Shown piece after piece: positions 21,216-30,919 of a stretch of DNA of 60,783 bases. Source of the DNA: Bacillota bacterium (GTDB lineage Bacteria > Bacillota > Sulfobacillia > Sulfobacillales > JAIMBI01); NCBI GenBank assembly GCA_021818685.1, contig JAKATP010000004.1, positions 1 through 60,783 of the forward strand. Reading direction: 5' to 3'. The notes below the pieces were generated by a model. The model did not search any database. It worked only from the letters and a program-made list of their open reading frames with translations, and was not told the DNA's origin. Within the stretch, counting starts at the first letter, position 1. The number at the start of each line of letters is the position of its first letter. The position numbers and the translations under genes were made by a program.

Positions 21216-22043
21216 CTAGCTGAGGCCTATCCCCTTCAGGAAATAGTATGCAGCCGGTAGGGCAAACAGGGCCGAGTCGAGACGGTCGAGCACTCCTCCG
21301 TGGCCGGGCAACACGCCGCCCGAATCCTTGGCGCCGACGAAGCGCTTGAAGTTCGACTCCACGAGGTCTCCCATCTGCCCGGCCACACTCACGACGAGAC
21401 CCGCCAGAAGCCCCGTGCTGAGACTCTGCCCCACGATGAAGGCATAGATCACGGCCACCAGGAGTCCACACACCAGGCCGCCCAACGATCCCTCCCAGGT
21501 CTTGCCCGGCGACACGCGCGGCAAGAGCCGATGGCGCCCGAAGCGGCGGCCGATGAAGTATGCGCCCGCATCGTTCAGCCACACAACCGCCAGCACAAAG
21601 AACACGATGAAAAAGCCGTGGGGGAGGTCACGGAGCCGGATGAGATAGCTCATGAGGCCTCCAATATAGACGGCGCCGTATAGCGCGCTTTCTCCCGTCA
21701 TGAATCCGCGTTGATTGTCAGAACCCCCGAGCCCGTAGATAGCGGCCAGGAAGAAGAGCGCCAGCAGGACGGGCCACAGCGGCCAATGCAGGAGACTGTC
21801 CAAGAGCACGCCGGCCGTCAAGGAACCGATGCCCCAGAACGGAAGATCCAGATCGCGCTTCTTCAACATCGTCGAGAATTCCGCACTGCCTACCAGCGCC
21901 ATGGCCCAGGTCAGGGCCCACAGGGGCCACGCTCCGACCCACACGATCCCGATGAAAAGCGGGGTGCCGATGGCAGCGGTGAGGATCCGGGGACGCAGTG
22001 ACGTCCACCGTCCCTCCCTCACCGCGTCAGCGGGTTCCGCCAT
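21216..22043 (-). CDS. cdsA: Phosphatidate cytidylyltransferase
   Basis: DAGAYFIG, VSPGKTWEG, GDLVESNFKR, KDSG, PGHGGVLDRLDS; start uncertain. Confidence 0.93.
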   Translation of the reverse strand: MAEPADAVREGRWTSLRPRILTAAIGTPLFIGIVWVGAWPLWALTWAMALVGSAEFSTMLKKRDLDLPFWGIGSLTAGVLLDSLLHWPLWPVLLALFFLAAIYGLGGSDNQRGFMTGESALYGAVYIGGLMSYLIRLRDLPHGFFIVFFVLAVVWLNDAGAYFIGRRFGRHRLLPRVSPGKTWEGSLGGLVCGLLVAVIYAFIVGQSLSTGLLAGLVVSVAGQMGDLVESNFKRFVGAKDSGGVLPGHGGVLDRLDSALFALPAAYYFLKGIGLS

Positions 22044-22773
22044 AACGACGCTCCCGGGTCGCAAATTCTTCCAGCGCCGCCTCCAGGTGCGAGCGATCAA
22101 AGTCGGGCCACAGCGTATCCGTCACCAAAAGCTCCGTGTAGGCGAGCTGCCACAAGAGAAAGTTGGACAGCCGCTCTTCCCCGCTCGCCCGGATGAGCAG
22201 GTCCGGATCCGGGAGCTCCCCCGTATCCAGCGCGCCCGCAAAGCGTGCCTCGTCGATGTCGGCGGCGGTCAGCCGGCCTTCCGCCACCTCCCTCGCCAGG
22301 GTACGGCAGGCCCGCACAATCTCAGAACGGCCGCCATAGTTGAGGGCGAGATTCAAAATGAGGCGTTCTCCGGCGGCGGTCGCCGCCTTAGCCCGGTGAA
22401 GGGCCTGCTGTTGCAGGGGTGGCAGGTTATCGACTTCTCCGATGGTCCGAATAGCCACCTGCTCACGCTGAAGTTCCGGGGTTTCTCGTTCCAGAAACTC
22501 CACCAACAGGGCCATCAGCATGTCCACCTCGAGCTGGGAACGGCGCCAGTTTTCAGTGGAGAAGGCGTACACGGTGAGGATCTGGATGCCGAGGTCGGGC
22601 GCCGCCCGGACACACCGCCGGAGCGCGTCGATGCCGGCGCGGTGGCCTTCGGTTGCATGAAGGCCGCGGCGGGTCGCCCAGCGCCGGTTGCCGTCCATGA
22701 TGATGGCGAGATGCCGAACGCGCTCACATCCCGCGGCTGCGGGCTGTCTTTCCACCAGGGGATCGTGCTGCAT
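22027..22773 (-). CDS. uppS: Undecaprenyl diphosphate synthase
   Basis: IMDGNRRWA, YAFSTENWRR, LNYGGR, RLSNFLLWQ. Confidence 0.96.
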   Translation of the reverse strand: MQHDPLVERQPAAAGCERVRHLAIIMDGNRRWATRRGLHATEGHRAGIDALRRCVRAAPDLGIQILTVYAFSTENWRRSQLEVDMLMALLVEFLERETPELQREQVAIRTIGEVDNLPPLQQQALHRAKAATAAGERLILNLALNYGGRSEIVRACRTLAREVAEGRLTAADIDEARFAGALDTGELPDPDLLIRASGEERLSNFLLWQLAYTELLVTDTLWPDFDRSHLEAALEEFATRERRYGGTR

Positions 22774-22803
22774 GCTGTCGGCCTCCCGCCACCTCGCCCC
22801 TGG

Positions 22804-23013
22804 TCACCCCCGAAATGGGGCCACGATCAGGGCGGTTGTCCCCCCGCGCACACTCACCCGTACCACGCGCCACACCGGTTCCGGAATCCGCCAAAGGTCC
22901 CGGCCCCCACGTGTGGGGGCGACGAGTACACCCGTGGGAACCTCAAATCCGGCGTCGGGGTCTCCCGGGATCGGGTCGCCGATACGAGCGGATTTACGGT
23001 TGGAGCAGCTCAC
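22804..23013 (-). CDS. Small hypothetical protein between frr and uppS
   Basis: 69-codon frame filling the gap (ARIGDPIPGDPDAGFEVPTGVLV...); GTG start inside the frr 3' end; weak SD. Confidence 0.5.
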   Translation of the reverse strand: MSCSNRKSARIGDPIPGDPDAGFEVPTGVLVAPTRGGRDLWRIPEPVWRVVRVSVRGGTTALIVAPFRG

Positions 23014-23563
23014 GCTCTTTGACCAAGCCCAACTCGTCCAGTCGCGCAATCAGCCGGTCCGTTAGCTTTTGCAGCTGGTCCTGGCCGCGCCGGCTTTCGT
23101 CCTCCGAAACAGAGCCCGTCCGTTCAGCCTGCTTCATCTGCTCCAGCACCTCACGCCGCACATTGCGGATCGCCACCTTCTGGTCCTCCAGCAGGCGTTT
23201 GACCTGCCGTACAAGATCCCGGCGCCGCTCTTCGGTTAGCACCGGGATCGCCAGCCGCAGCACATCGCCCTCCACGCGTATGCTCACACCCAAATCAGCC
23301 TTCTGGATCCCCTTCTCCACGCTCGCGACCGCCGATTTATCGTAGGGCTGCACGACGAGGGTGCGCGGCTCCGGGACACTGACCTGGGCCAGATGGGCCA
23401 GCGGTGTCGGACTGCCATAGTAATCGACGGTGACTTTGTCGAGGAGGGCGGGGTGCGCGCGACCCGCCCGCATCCCGGCCAATTCCCGCTCGAAGAGTGC
23501 GACGGTCCGCTGCATCCGTGACTCCGCATCGGCCAGTGCCGCCCTCAGATCCCACTCAGCCAT
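22994..23563 (-). CDS. frr: Ribosome recycling factor
   Basis: [38 protein letters not shown]. Confidence 0.96.
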   Translation of the reverse strand: MAEWDLRAALADAESRMQRTVALFERELAGMRAGRAHPALLDKVTVDYYGSPTPLAHLAQVSVPEPRTLVVQPYDKSAVASVEKGIQKADLGVSIRVEGDVLRLAIPVLTEERRRDLVRQVKRLLEDQKVAIRNVRREVLEQMKQAERTGSVSEDESRRGQDQLQKLTDRLIARLDELGLVKERELLQP

Positions 23564-24302
23564 GGACGGCTCCTCCCACCAGGGTGCCGATGCTCTCTCC
23601 CATGATGACCCGCTTAATGTTGCCGTACACGTTAAGGTCAAAAACGACGATCGGGATTTGGTTATCCATGCACAGGGAGGTCGCCGTTGCGTCCATCACC
23701 CGGAGGTTCTCCTTCAGGACGTCGAGGTAGCCGATCTCGTCCAGCTTGCGCGCTTCGGGATGGGTGCGCGGATCGGCATCAAAGACGCCCGACTCTTTGG
23801 TCGCCTTCAACATCACGTCGGCCTCAATCTCGGCCGCGCGGAGAGCCGCCGTGGTATCGGTGGTGAAAAACGGGTTGCCGTTACCACCGGCGAAGATGAC
23901 GACCCGGCCCTTTTCGAGATGGGCGATGGCGCGGCGCCGGATATAGGGCTCCGCCACTTCCTTCATCTCAATCGCCGTTTGCACACGCACCACCACTCCA
24001 TGCTTCTCGAGCGCGTCCATCAATGCCAGCGCGTTCATCACCGTGGCCAGCATACCCATATAATCGGCCGTGGCCCGGTCGATTCCCTGCATGCTCATAG
24101 ACTGACCGCGCCAGAAATTACCGCCGCCCACCACGACGGCGGTCTCCACACCCAGGCCCACGACCTCTTTCAACTGTCGGGCAATGCTGTCCACAGTCCC
24201 GGGATCAATTCCAAAGGACGCCCGGCCCGCGAGCGCCTCACCCGAAATCTTCAGTACGACGCGGCGGTACCGGGGCCCTGATTCCGGACGGGTCTCCGCC
24301 AT
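23556..24302 (-). CDS. pyrH: UMP kinase
   Basis: [40 protein letters not shown]. Confidence 0.97.
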   Translation of the reverse strand: MAETRPESGPRYRRVVLKISGEALAGRASFGIDPGTVDSIARQLKEVVGLGVETAVVVGGGNFWRGQSMSMQGIDRATADYMGMLATVMNALALMDALEKHGVVVRVQTAIEMKEVAEPYIRRRAIAHLEKGRVVIFAGGNGNPFFTTDTTAALRAAEIEADVMLKATKESGVFDADPRTHPEARKLDEIGYLDVLKENLRVMDATATSLCMDNQIPIVVFDLNVYGNIKRVIMGESIGTLVGGAVHG

Positions 24303-24318
24303 TGCGCTCACTCCCTGG

Positions 24319-24924
24319 TCATTCGAGCTCCTCGCCTCGCTCGTATCGCTGGAACCGGCGCACCACAATGTTCTCACCCAGTCGGGCGACTAGTTCTTGC
24401 ACCACGTCCCCCACCGTGTGATCGGGGTCGCGCACGTAGGGCTGCTCCAGCAGGCACTGTTCCGAAAAAAAGCGCCGGAGACGGCCCTCCACCATTCGCT
24501 CCACAACGGCCGCGGGCTTGCCCGCGCTCTCCGCTTCTTTTCTCAAGACGTCCCGTTCATGCTCGACAATCGCCGGTGGCACGTCTTCCCGCCGAACCCA
24601 CCGCGGTCGCGACGCCGCGATGTGCATGGCAATGTTGCGGCACAGATCCTGAAAGTCGGCTGTCGCCGACACGAAGTCGGTCTCGCAGTTGACTTCCACC
24701 AGAACGCCCACACGGCCGCCTGGGTGGATATAACTCGCCACAACGCCTTCCGAGGCCGTGCGCCCCGCCTTTTTGGCCGCCTGGGCCTGGCCACGTTCGC
24801 GCAGGATATCGACGGCGCGTCCCATCTGCCCCTCGGCCTCTTCCAGGGCCCGCTTGCAGTCCATCATCCCCGCACCAGTACGGTCCCTCAGCTCGCGGAC
24901 TTGCGATGGGGTCACTTTTGTCAT
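24319..24924 (-). CDS. tsf: Elongation factor Ts (short form)
   Basis: [25 protein letters not shown]. Confidence 0.96.
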   Translation of the reverse strand: MTKVTPSQVRELRDRTGAGMMDCKRALEEAEGQMGRAVDILRERGQAQAAKKAGRTASEGVVASYIHPGGRVGVLVEVNCETDFVSATADFQDLCRNIAMHIAASRPRWVRREDVPPAIVEHERDVLRKEAESAGKPAAVVERMVEGRLRRFFSEQCLLEQPYVRDPDHTVGDVVQELVARLGENIVVRRFQRYERGEELE

Positions 24925-24947
24925 GGGTCACCTCAAAGAGGCCGGCC

Positions 24948-25778
24948 CTAGGCCGAAGCCTCAGAATCTCCGGATTCTCCGGTCACAAGCACTACCGCAT
25001 CCTCATCCGGCACGGATTCGGGCCCTTCGCTCTCCGCGGCCACCGCGCCATGGGGCGCCACCCGCGGCATGGAGTCGTCCGGCATCTCATCCTGGCGGCC
25101 TTCACGGCCTTCAAGGATGGCGTCGGCCATGCGCGAGGTCAAGAGCCTCACCGCCCGGATCGCGTCGTCATTGCCGGGAATGACATAGTCCGCCTCATCC
25201 GGATCGCAGTTAGTGTCGACGATGGCGACCACCGGACAACCGATCTTGCGCGCTTCCGTGATGGCGATATGCTCCTTGCGCGGATCGACGATGAAGACCG
25301 CCTGCGGCAGCTCGCGCATGCCTTCGATGCCGGCCAGATAGGTCTCGAGCCGGTTCTTCTCGCGGGTGAGGCGGCTCACTTCCTTCTTGGGAAGGCGGCT
25401 CCAGGCCCCTTCCAATTCCTGCTGCTTCAGATCCGTAAGCCGTCTGACGCGGCGCCGGATTGTGGCGAAGTTCGTCAGAATGCCCCCGAGCCAGCGCTGA
25501 TTAATGTAGTACTGTCCCGCGCGGCGTGCCTCCTCCGCTACGGCGTCCTGAGCCTGCTTCTTGGTCCCGATGAACAGCACGTGACCGCCGTCCTGCCCGA
25601 CCTGGCGCATGAAGGCGTAAGCTTCATCCACCTTCCGGACGGTCTTTTGCAGGTCGATGATGTAGATGCCATTGCGCTCGGTAAAAATGTAAGGCTTCAT
25701 CTTGGGATTCCAGCGGCGTGTCTGGTGGCCGAAATGTACCCCGGCCTCCAGCAGTTGCTTCATGGAGATTACGGACAC
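24948..25778 (-). CDS. rpsB: 30S ribosomal protein S2
   Basis: [39 protein letters not shown] after SD GGAGGT. Confidence 0.97.
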   Translation of the reverse strand: MSVISMKQLLEAGVHFGHQTRRWNPKMKPYIFTERNGIYIIDLQKTVRKVDEAYAFMRQVGQDGGHVLFIGTKKQAQDAVAEEARRAGQYYINQRWLGGILTNFATIRRRVRRLTDLKQQELEGAWSRLPKKEVSRLTREKNRLETYLAGIEGMRELPQAVFIVDPRKEHIAITEARKIGCPVVAIVDTNCDPDEADYVIPGNDDAIRAVRLLTSRMADAILEGREGRQDEMPDDSMPRVAPHGAVAAESEGPESVPDEDAVVLVTGESGDSEASA

Positions 25779-25896
25779 ACTGCACCTCCGGTTATTTTCC
25801 GCCGCAGGGGATATCGGGTCAGGCAATTGCCACCGGTCCGACCTCAGCCTGCGTGTGAATTTGACCTCCAAAAAGGCCGTCAACAAGTATAGCACA
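25779..25896 (-). promoter_or_regulatory. rpsB extended -10 promoter and probable S2 leader
   Basis: TGTGCTATACT at 25886-25896; leader CACACGCAGG...CCTGCGGCGG can pair, as in S2 leaders. Confidence 0.5.
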
Positions 25897-26110
25897 CGCA
25901 TCCGGCACACCATTCCGACCGTGTCACAAGCGTCCGGGGTGGGTCTATCAGGACCTCGCGCTATGGGCGGCACCCGGCCCTCAGTTCCCCTCCAACCCTT
26001 GAAGGTTTAGCCCCGCACGTCTGGCCGGCCCGGCACGCTCGGACTCTAAACCGCCCGCAGGGCGCCACACCCCGGCGCGATCGGGCTGCCAAAGTCCCGC
26101 AACCGTGGCC

Positions 26111-26455
26111 TCAGGGAATCTTTCGGGGGGTTTTGGGGGCCGGACTCTTCGGGTTCGCGTCAGGTGGGACGGGGGGGTCAGACGCCGCGGGCGTGCGACG
26201 CACGGGTTCTGAGGCCACGAGACCATAGACCGCACCGATGTAAAACGCCACCATACCGGCCTTTTCGACTCCGCTCGCGTGGCTCAGGGCCCCGAGAACC
26301 ACAGCCACCGTGATGCCGAGCAGGAAGAAAACCGCCCGCGTACGATCGTTCAGGAACCGTAGGCGACGGGAACGCTGACGAATGAAGCGCCCAAGGCTGG
26401 CCCCGACCACCGTGCCGAGGGCCACCAGGAGAACGTGCCCGACCGTAAGATTCAC
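26111..26455 (-). CDS. Hypothetical membrane protein (about 3 TM)
   Basis: GTG after SD AGGAGG directly following miaB; three hydrophobic stretches. Confidence 0.7.
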   Translation of the reverse strand: MNLTVGHVLLVALGTVVGASLGRFIRQRSRRLRFLNDRTRAVFFLLGITVAVVLGALSHASGVEKAGMVAFYIGAVYGLVASEPVRRTPAASDPPVPPDANPKSPAPKTPRKIP

Positions 26456-26464
26456 AGCCGCCTC

Positions 26465-27859
26465 CTACAGAACGGGCAGCGGTACGCGTTTGGTGCCCGC
26501 GAGCGCAGGAAGAGGCTCACCGATCCGCTCGGCCGAGAGAAAGAACGTCCGGGCACCCGTCACCTTGACGGGGATGAATCGATTCTGAAGGTCGAGTCCC
26601 TGCTCACGCGGTACCAGCACCACTTTGTTGGTTTGGCTCCGGCAGGCCCACACGTTGGGGTCCTTACGGCTGGGGCCCTCCACCAGCACCACATCCGTGC
26701 GCCCGATCCAGGCCCGGTTCTTCTTGAGGCTCACCGCATACTGGAGTTCCATGAGCCGGTTCAGCCGGTCCTTTTTCTCCATTTCCGGCACTGGCCAGCG
26801 GCCTTCCCAGCGATGGGCGGGAGTGCCCTCTCGGGGTGAATAGATGAAGGTGAAGGCGGCGTCGTACTCCACCTGGCGGACCAGATCCAAGGTGGCCTCA
26901 AAGTCCTCTGCCGTCTCACCCGGGAACCCGACAATGATATCCGTCGTGAGAACCGCGTCAGGTATGGCCGCTTTCACCTGGTCGATGAGATCCAGGTACT
27001 GCTCGCGGGTATATTTGCGATTCATCTTCTTCAGGACAGCCGAGCTCCCTGACTGCACCGGGAGGTGGACGTGATGCGTGATTTTCGAGCTTTGCGCGAT
27101 CGTCTCGATGAGGCGCGGGCTGAAGTCGCGGGGATGACTCGTGAGATAGCGGATCCAGCGCACCGCCGGCACCTCTTCCACGGCCTGCAACAGATCCGCC
27201 AGGTCTAGGGCCGGATCGAGATCATGCCCGTAGGAATTGACATTCTGGCCCAGCAAGGTTACATCTTCAAAGCCTTCGTGGGCCAGCGCCGTGACCTCCG
27301 CCACGATATCCGGTAAACGGCGACTTTGTTCACGACCCCGGGTAAACGGGACGATGCAGTAGGTGCAGAACTTGTCACAGCCGTAAATGATGTTGACGAA
27401 GGCCGCAACCCCTTCCGCCCGGCGCGAGGGGAGATTCTCGGCCACCTCGCCGGACGCCTTCCAGACGTCCACCACCATCTCCCGCTCCGCTTCCACACGC
27501 TCGAGGAGCGCAGGCAATTGGTGGAGGTTATGGGTTCCAAACACCAGATCGACGTGACTGGCATGCGCCTTTAAATAACTCACCGTACCGGGTTCCTGGG
27601 CGCTACAGCCCGAGACGGCAATCTTCAGTTGCGGCCGGGCGTCTTTCAACGCCTTCAACTGTCCGATATAACCGAAGGCGTGAGCCTCCGCGCTCGCCCG
27701 CACGGCACAGGTGTTGACGATAATGAAGTCGGCGTCGTCGCCGGCCGTTGCCGGCTCGTACCCGAGTTCCTCCAACTGGCCCGCCATGATCTCCGAGTCC
27801 CGCTCGTTCATCTGGCAGCCATATGTACGGATAAAATAGCGGGGGGGTGCAGCAGCCAT
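26465..27859 (-). CDS. miaB: tRNA-2-methylthio-N6-dimethylallyladenosine synthase
   Basis: TYGCQMN, NTCAVR, GCDKFCTYCIVP radical-SAM motif, TRAM domain. Confidence 0.96.
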   Translation of the reverse strand: MAAAPPRYFIRTYGCQMNERDSEIMAGQLEELGYEPATAGDDADFIIVNTCAVRASAEAHAFGYIGQLKALKDARPQLKIAVSGCSAQEPGTVSYLKAHASHVDLVFGTHNLHQLPALLERVEAEREMVVDVWKASGEVAENLPSRRAEGVAAFVNIIYGCDKFCTYCIVPFTRGREQSRRLPDIVAEVTALAHEGFEDVTLLGQNVNSYGHDLDPALDLADLLQAVEEVPAVRWIRYLTSHPRDFSPRLIETIAQSSKITHHVHLPVQSGSSAVLKKMNRKYTREQYLDLIDQVKAAIPDAVLTTDIIVGFPGETAEDFEATLDLVRQVEYDAAFTFIYSPREGTPAHRWEGRWPVPEMEKKDRLNRLMELQYAVSLKKNRAWIGRTDVVLVEGPSRKDPNVWACRSQTNKVVLVPREQGLDLQNRFIPVKVTGARTFFLSAERIGEPLPALAGTKRVPLPVL

Positions 27860-27914
27860 CGCGAGCCTCCTCTCACTTCGCCTCACGCACTTGCAGGTTT
27901 CGTTTCCAAGGGTA

Positions 27915-29174
27915 TCACAGCCCCCTATCGTCGCCCCCGCTGGATCGATGGGCCTCACGCTCGGCGACCAGCCGTCTGACCCGTGCCAGCACCGTCTCCG
28001 GCGCGCGGAAGCGGATCGCAAGGCCAGTCCCATCCGCGGCCGGCCGCTCGTCTACCACCTCCCCCTCGGCATGGATCCACCGGAGGGCCTCCTGCTCCTC
28101 CCAGCCTACCGTGATCTCCTGGACGGGACGGAGCGTCGACAACTTCCCGGCCACCGCCTGAACCAAGGCGTCGAGGTTATCCCCGGTGAGCGCCGAAACC
28201 GGGATGCCATTCGGCTCCCGGTCCTCTTGCAGGCGATCCCACTGATTTTCCACCCACAGGGCGGGAAGGTGCTCGGCCCCCAAATCGCCGAGCACCTCCT
28301 CAACGGCCGCCATCTCTTCCTCCCGGCGAATCGAGGCCGCGTTGCTTACCAACAGGAGCAAGTCCGCATCCCGCACCTCGTCCAACGTCGACTTGAACGC
28401 TTGCACAAGATGGTGCGGCAGATGCCGGACGAAGCCGACGGTATCGCACAGAAGCACTGGTCCAAAACCTGGCACGAAAATACGCCGCACGGCAGCGTCG
28501 AGGGTCACGAACGGGCGGTCGCCAATCGGTGCCGTCCGGTGCGTCAGCGCTTGGAAGAGGGTGGACTTGCCCACGTTGGTGTAGCCGACCAGAGCCACCA
28601 CCGGGATGAGACCGCGGCCCCGGCGCGCGCGCCGCTGGGCGCGGACCCGATCGAGCTCGTCCAGTTCGGCGCGCAGGGCGGCCATCCGGGCCCGGATACG
28701 CCGCCTGTCCGTTTCCAGCCGCGTTTCACCGGGACCCCGGGTTCCGATCCCACCCCCGGTCCGGGAGAGGTGGGCCGTCCCTCCCGCCAGCCGCGGCAAG
28801 CGGTACTGGAGCTGCGCCATCTCCACTTGCAGCCGGCCCTCACGACTTCTCGCCATGGTGGCAAAGATGTCGAGGATGACTTCCGTACGATCGAGGACCG
28901 GTCGCTCCACCCACTCCGAGAGCGTGCGGGCTTCGGCCGGGCGCAGTTCCCAGTCGGTGACGACCAGCTCAGCCTGAAGCGCCCGGGCCATCTCCAGCAC
29001 CTCGGCCGCCTTGCCGCGGCCGAGCCCGTCCGCATGGTGGCGCGCCTGCACCACGCTCCCCACCACCTCGCCGCCTGATGCCCGGACCAGCGCGGCCAGT
29101 TCCGTCAGGCTGTCCTCCGCCTCGGCGCGCCGTCGGGCATCGCACACCGCCACGACGATGCAACGTTGACTCAA
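27915..29174 (-). CDS. hflX: GTPase HflX
   Basis: GGGIGTRGPGETRLE, GYTNVGKST, FVTLD, DTVGF; G4 reads NQWD. Confidence 0.93.
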   Translation of the reverse strand: MSQRCIVVAVCDARRRAEAEDSLTELAALVRASGGEVVGSVVQARHHADGLGRGKAAEVLEMARALQAELVVTDWELRPAEARTLSEWVERPVLDRTEVILDIFATMARSREGRLQVEMAQLQYRLPRLAGGTAHLSRTGGGIGTRGPGETRLETDRRRIRARMAALRAELDELDRVRAQRRARRGRGLIPVVALVGYTNVGKSTLFQALTHRTAPIGDRPFVTLDAAVRRIFVPGFGPVLLCDTVGFVRHLPHHLVQAFKSTLDEVRDADLLLLVSNAASIRREEEMAAVEEVLGDLGAEHLPALWVENQWDRLQEDREPNGIPVSALTGDNLDALVQAVAGKLSTLRPVQEITVGWEEQEALRWIHAEGEVVDERPAADGTGLAIRFRAPETVLARVRRLVAEREAHRSSGGDDRGL

Positions 29175-29240
29175 AGGCCGTATCCTCTCTCTACTATGCT
29201 GCCCCGGCTGTCCGGCACCGTGATCCGGCGCTCCGGACTG

Positions 29241-29660
29241 TCAAAGCTCCGGCCACTCCAGGTAGGCCCGGATCCGCCGTGCGCGCACGGCCGACGCCAT
29301 GCCGGCCGCCAGTCTGCGATGGTAAAGCGCCTCTTCGGTCAAAAACCTGGACTCCCGACTGTCGTCGCCGGCCACAAGGGTTCCCGCCGTCATGTGGCAT
29401 CCGAAGTCGAGTATGGCAAACTCCTGCTCCGGTGTCGCGATCTGCGCCACGAACAGCAACGGCCCCACGTCCACCTCGATTCCGCACTCTTCGCGGATCT
29501 CACGCCGGAGGGCGCCGGCAGGGGATTCTCCCGCCTCCACCCGGCCCCCCGGAAACGCCCACCGATCCTCGCTCGGAGGATGGCCCCGGCGGACCACCAA
29601 GACGCGCCCCCGCTCATCGCGGACCACGGCCGCCACGGCCAGATGAATCCCGGAATCCAC
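29241..29660 (-). CDS. NUDIX hydrolase
   Basis: Nudix box GGRVEAGESPAGALRREIREECGI. Confidence 0.9.
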   Translation of the reverse strand: MDSGIHLAVAAVVRDERGRVLVVRRGHPPSEDRWAFPGGRVEAGESPAGALRREIREECGIEVDVGPLLFVAQIATPEQEFAILDFGCHMTAGTLVAGDDSRESRFLTEEALYHRRLAAGMASAVRARRIRAYLEWPEL

Positions 29661-29897
29661 CTACTCCCGCCGCCCGCCGGCGTCGTAGACGACAAATTCG
29701 TACCCATCGCCCACGCGACGGATTCCAAAGATCAGGCCCCGATTCTTCAAGGTCTGATTCAGGAATGTCACGACCTCGCCCGGCTGAAATGAATCAAACA
29801 AACGTTCGCCAATGACCTGTAGCCTCTCATGGTCGCCGCGCACCGCCATTGGAAGCCTCCCACCCACATTATCGGGTTTTTGAAATCGAGCGTCCAC
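29661..29897 (-). CDS. ypmA: YpmA family protein (DUF4264)
   Basis: VVTFLNQTLKNRGLIFG motif; near dinG as in Bacillus; second in-frame start ATG 29849. Confidence 0.7.
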   Translation of the reverse strand: MDARFQKPDNVGGRLPMAVRGDHERLQVIGERLFDSFQPGEVVTFLNQTLKNRGLIFGIRRVGDGYEFVVYDAGGRRE

Positions 29898-29927
29898 GTT
29901 GCTTCCTCCCCTGACAGATCACGGGCT

Positions 29928-29956
29928 GCATCTCGCGCTCTCCGTGGTCGATGCTA
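29928..29956 (+). promoter_or_regulatory. Candidate sigmaG/F forespore promoter for the SASP gene
   Basis: GCATC-N17-GATGCTA resembles GHATA-N17-CATACTA. Confidence 0.3.
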
Positions 29957-30042
29957 CGAAGGGACGCGGGATCATCTGACGGTGATCGGCGCGATCATCA
30001 AGTCCAGGAAGAGCGTCGACCGCGAAAGGAGGCGAGAAGACG

Positions 30043-30273
30043 ATGGGATCTCAGCGTCCACTCCTGCCGGCGCAGGTGCGGGACCGTTTCAAATATGAGG
30101 TAGCGGAGGAACTCAACCTGCTCGACGCGATTGCCGAGAAGGGTTGGGGCGAGATGCCGACGCGAGAGCTCGGCCGCATCGGCGGCACCATCGGCGGGAA
30201 CATGGTGCGCGTGATGCTGCGGCACGTCGAAGAACAACTGGCGGCAGGCTACCAACCGAAGGCGGAGGGCTGA
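30043..30273 (+). CDS. Small acid-soluble spore protein, alpha/beta (SspF-like)
   Basis: FKYEVAEELNL, GWGEMPTRELGRIGG..GGNMVR; SD AAAGGAGG. Confidence 0.9.
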   Translation: MGSQRPLLPAQVRDRFKYEVAEELNLLDAIAEKGWGEMPTRELGRIGGTIGGNMVRVMLRHVEEQLAAGYQPKAEG

Positions 30274-30282
30274 CCGCACACG

Positions 30283-30636
30283 TCAGAAGAGCACCGCCGC
30301 GATGCCGCCCGTAAGACCCATGACGGCGGCGAGGCTGAGGCGCCCCCATAGCGGACCGACCGGCCAGTGACCGGCCTCCGCGACCAGGCTCCCGACCACG
30401 CACAGGCTGACGGCGGCCAAAGACCCGTGGAGGATGGCACCGCTCTCGGCCCGGCGACCCGCTCCGAAACCGGCCGCCAGGCTCACCAGCGCATCGCCCA
30501 CCCAGATGCCGGCGGTCAGCATACCGCCCGGCATCTCGGTGTGGTATGCCACCGCAGCCAGTCCCACCGCCACCACCAGTGCACACAGGACGCCCAGCAT
30601 CATGCCTTCCGCCGTAGCGCGAATGCTCACCGTCAT
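30283..30636 (-). CDS. TIGR04086/DUF3792-like membrane protein
   Basis: Four TM segments, AAGFGAGRRAESGAILHG pattern. Confidence 0.65.
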   Translation of the reverse strand: MTVSIRATAEGMMLGVLCALVVAVGLAAVAYHTEMPGGMLTAGIWVGDALVSLAAGFGAGRRAESGAILHGSLAAVSLCVVGSLVAEAGHWPVGPLWGRLSLAAVMGLTGGIAAVLF

Positions 30637-30670
30637 GCCCCCGCATCACGGTACGTCCGCACCCGCCAAT

Positions 30671-30919
30671 CTAGACCTCAGGCGGCCTGGAGTCCTCCGG
30701 CTCTCCTTCACGTGCCATGTCACGTTTCGCGCGCCGCACCATCCGGCGCACCATCCGGCCCCCGATCTTTCCGACCTCGCGAGTCGTCATGCCACCCCAG
30801 CCCCGACGTTTGACGTCATCATCGAGGCCGAGGTCCGCCGTCACCTCCTCCTTCAACCCCTTCAATGCGTGAAGCTCCCGCTCGACGGCCGGGGAATCCT
30901 CGTGATCGTGGTCCGTGAT
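30671..30919 (-). CDS. Second small acid-soluble spore protein, alpha/beta (probable ATC start; TTG 30865 alternative)
   Basis: LKEEVTADLGL, GWGGMTTREVGKIGGRMVR; SD AAGGGAGG 8 nt before ATC. Confidence 0.8.
   Translation of the reverse strand: MTDHDHEDSPAVERELHALKGLKEEVTADLGLDDDVKRRGWGGMTTREVGKIGGRMVRRMVRRAKRDMAREGEPEDSRPPEV

Noticed and set aside
21995..22045. Non-canonical ACG/CTG start for cdsA after AGGGAGGG
   Set aside because: An in-frame ATG at 22043 with GGAG upstream is a sufficient canonical explanation; left unresolved
24319..24924. EF-Ts looks truncated (201 aa)
   Set aside because: The short homodimeric EF-Ts type is well known in Clostridia, Thermus and cyanobacteria
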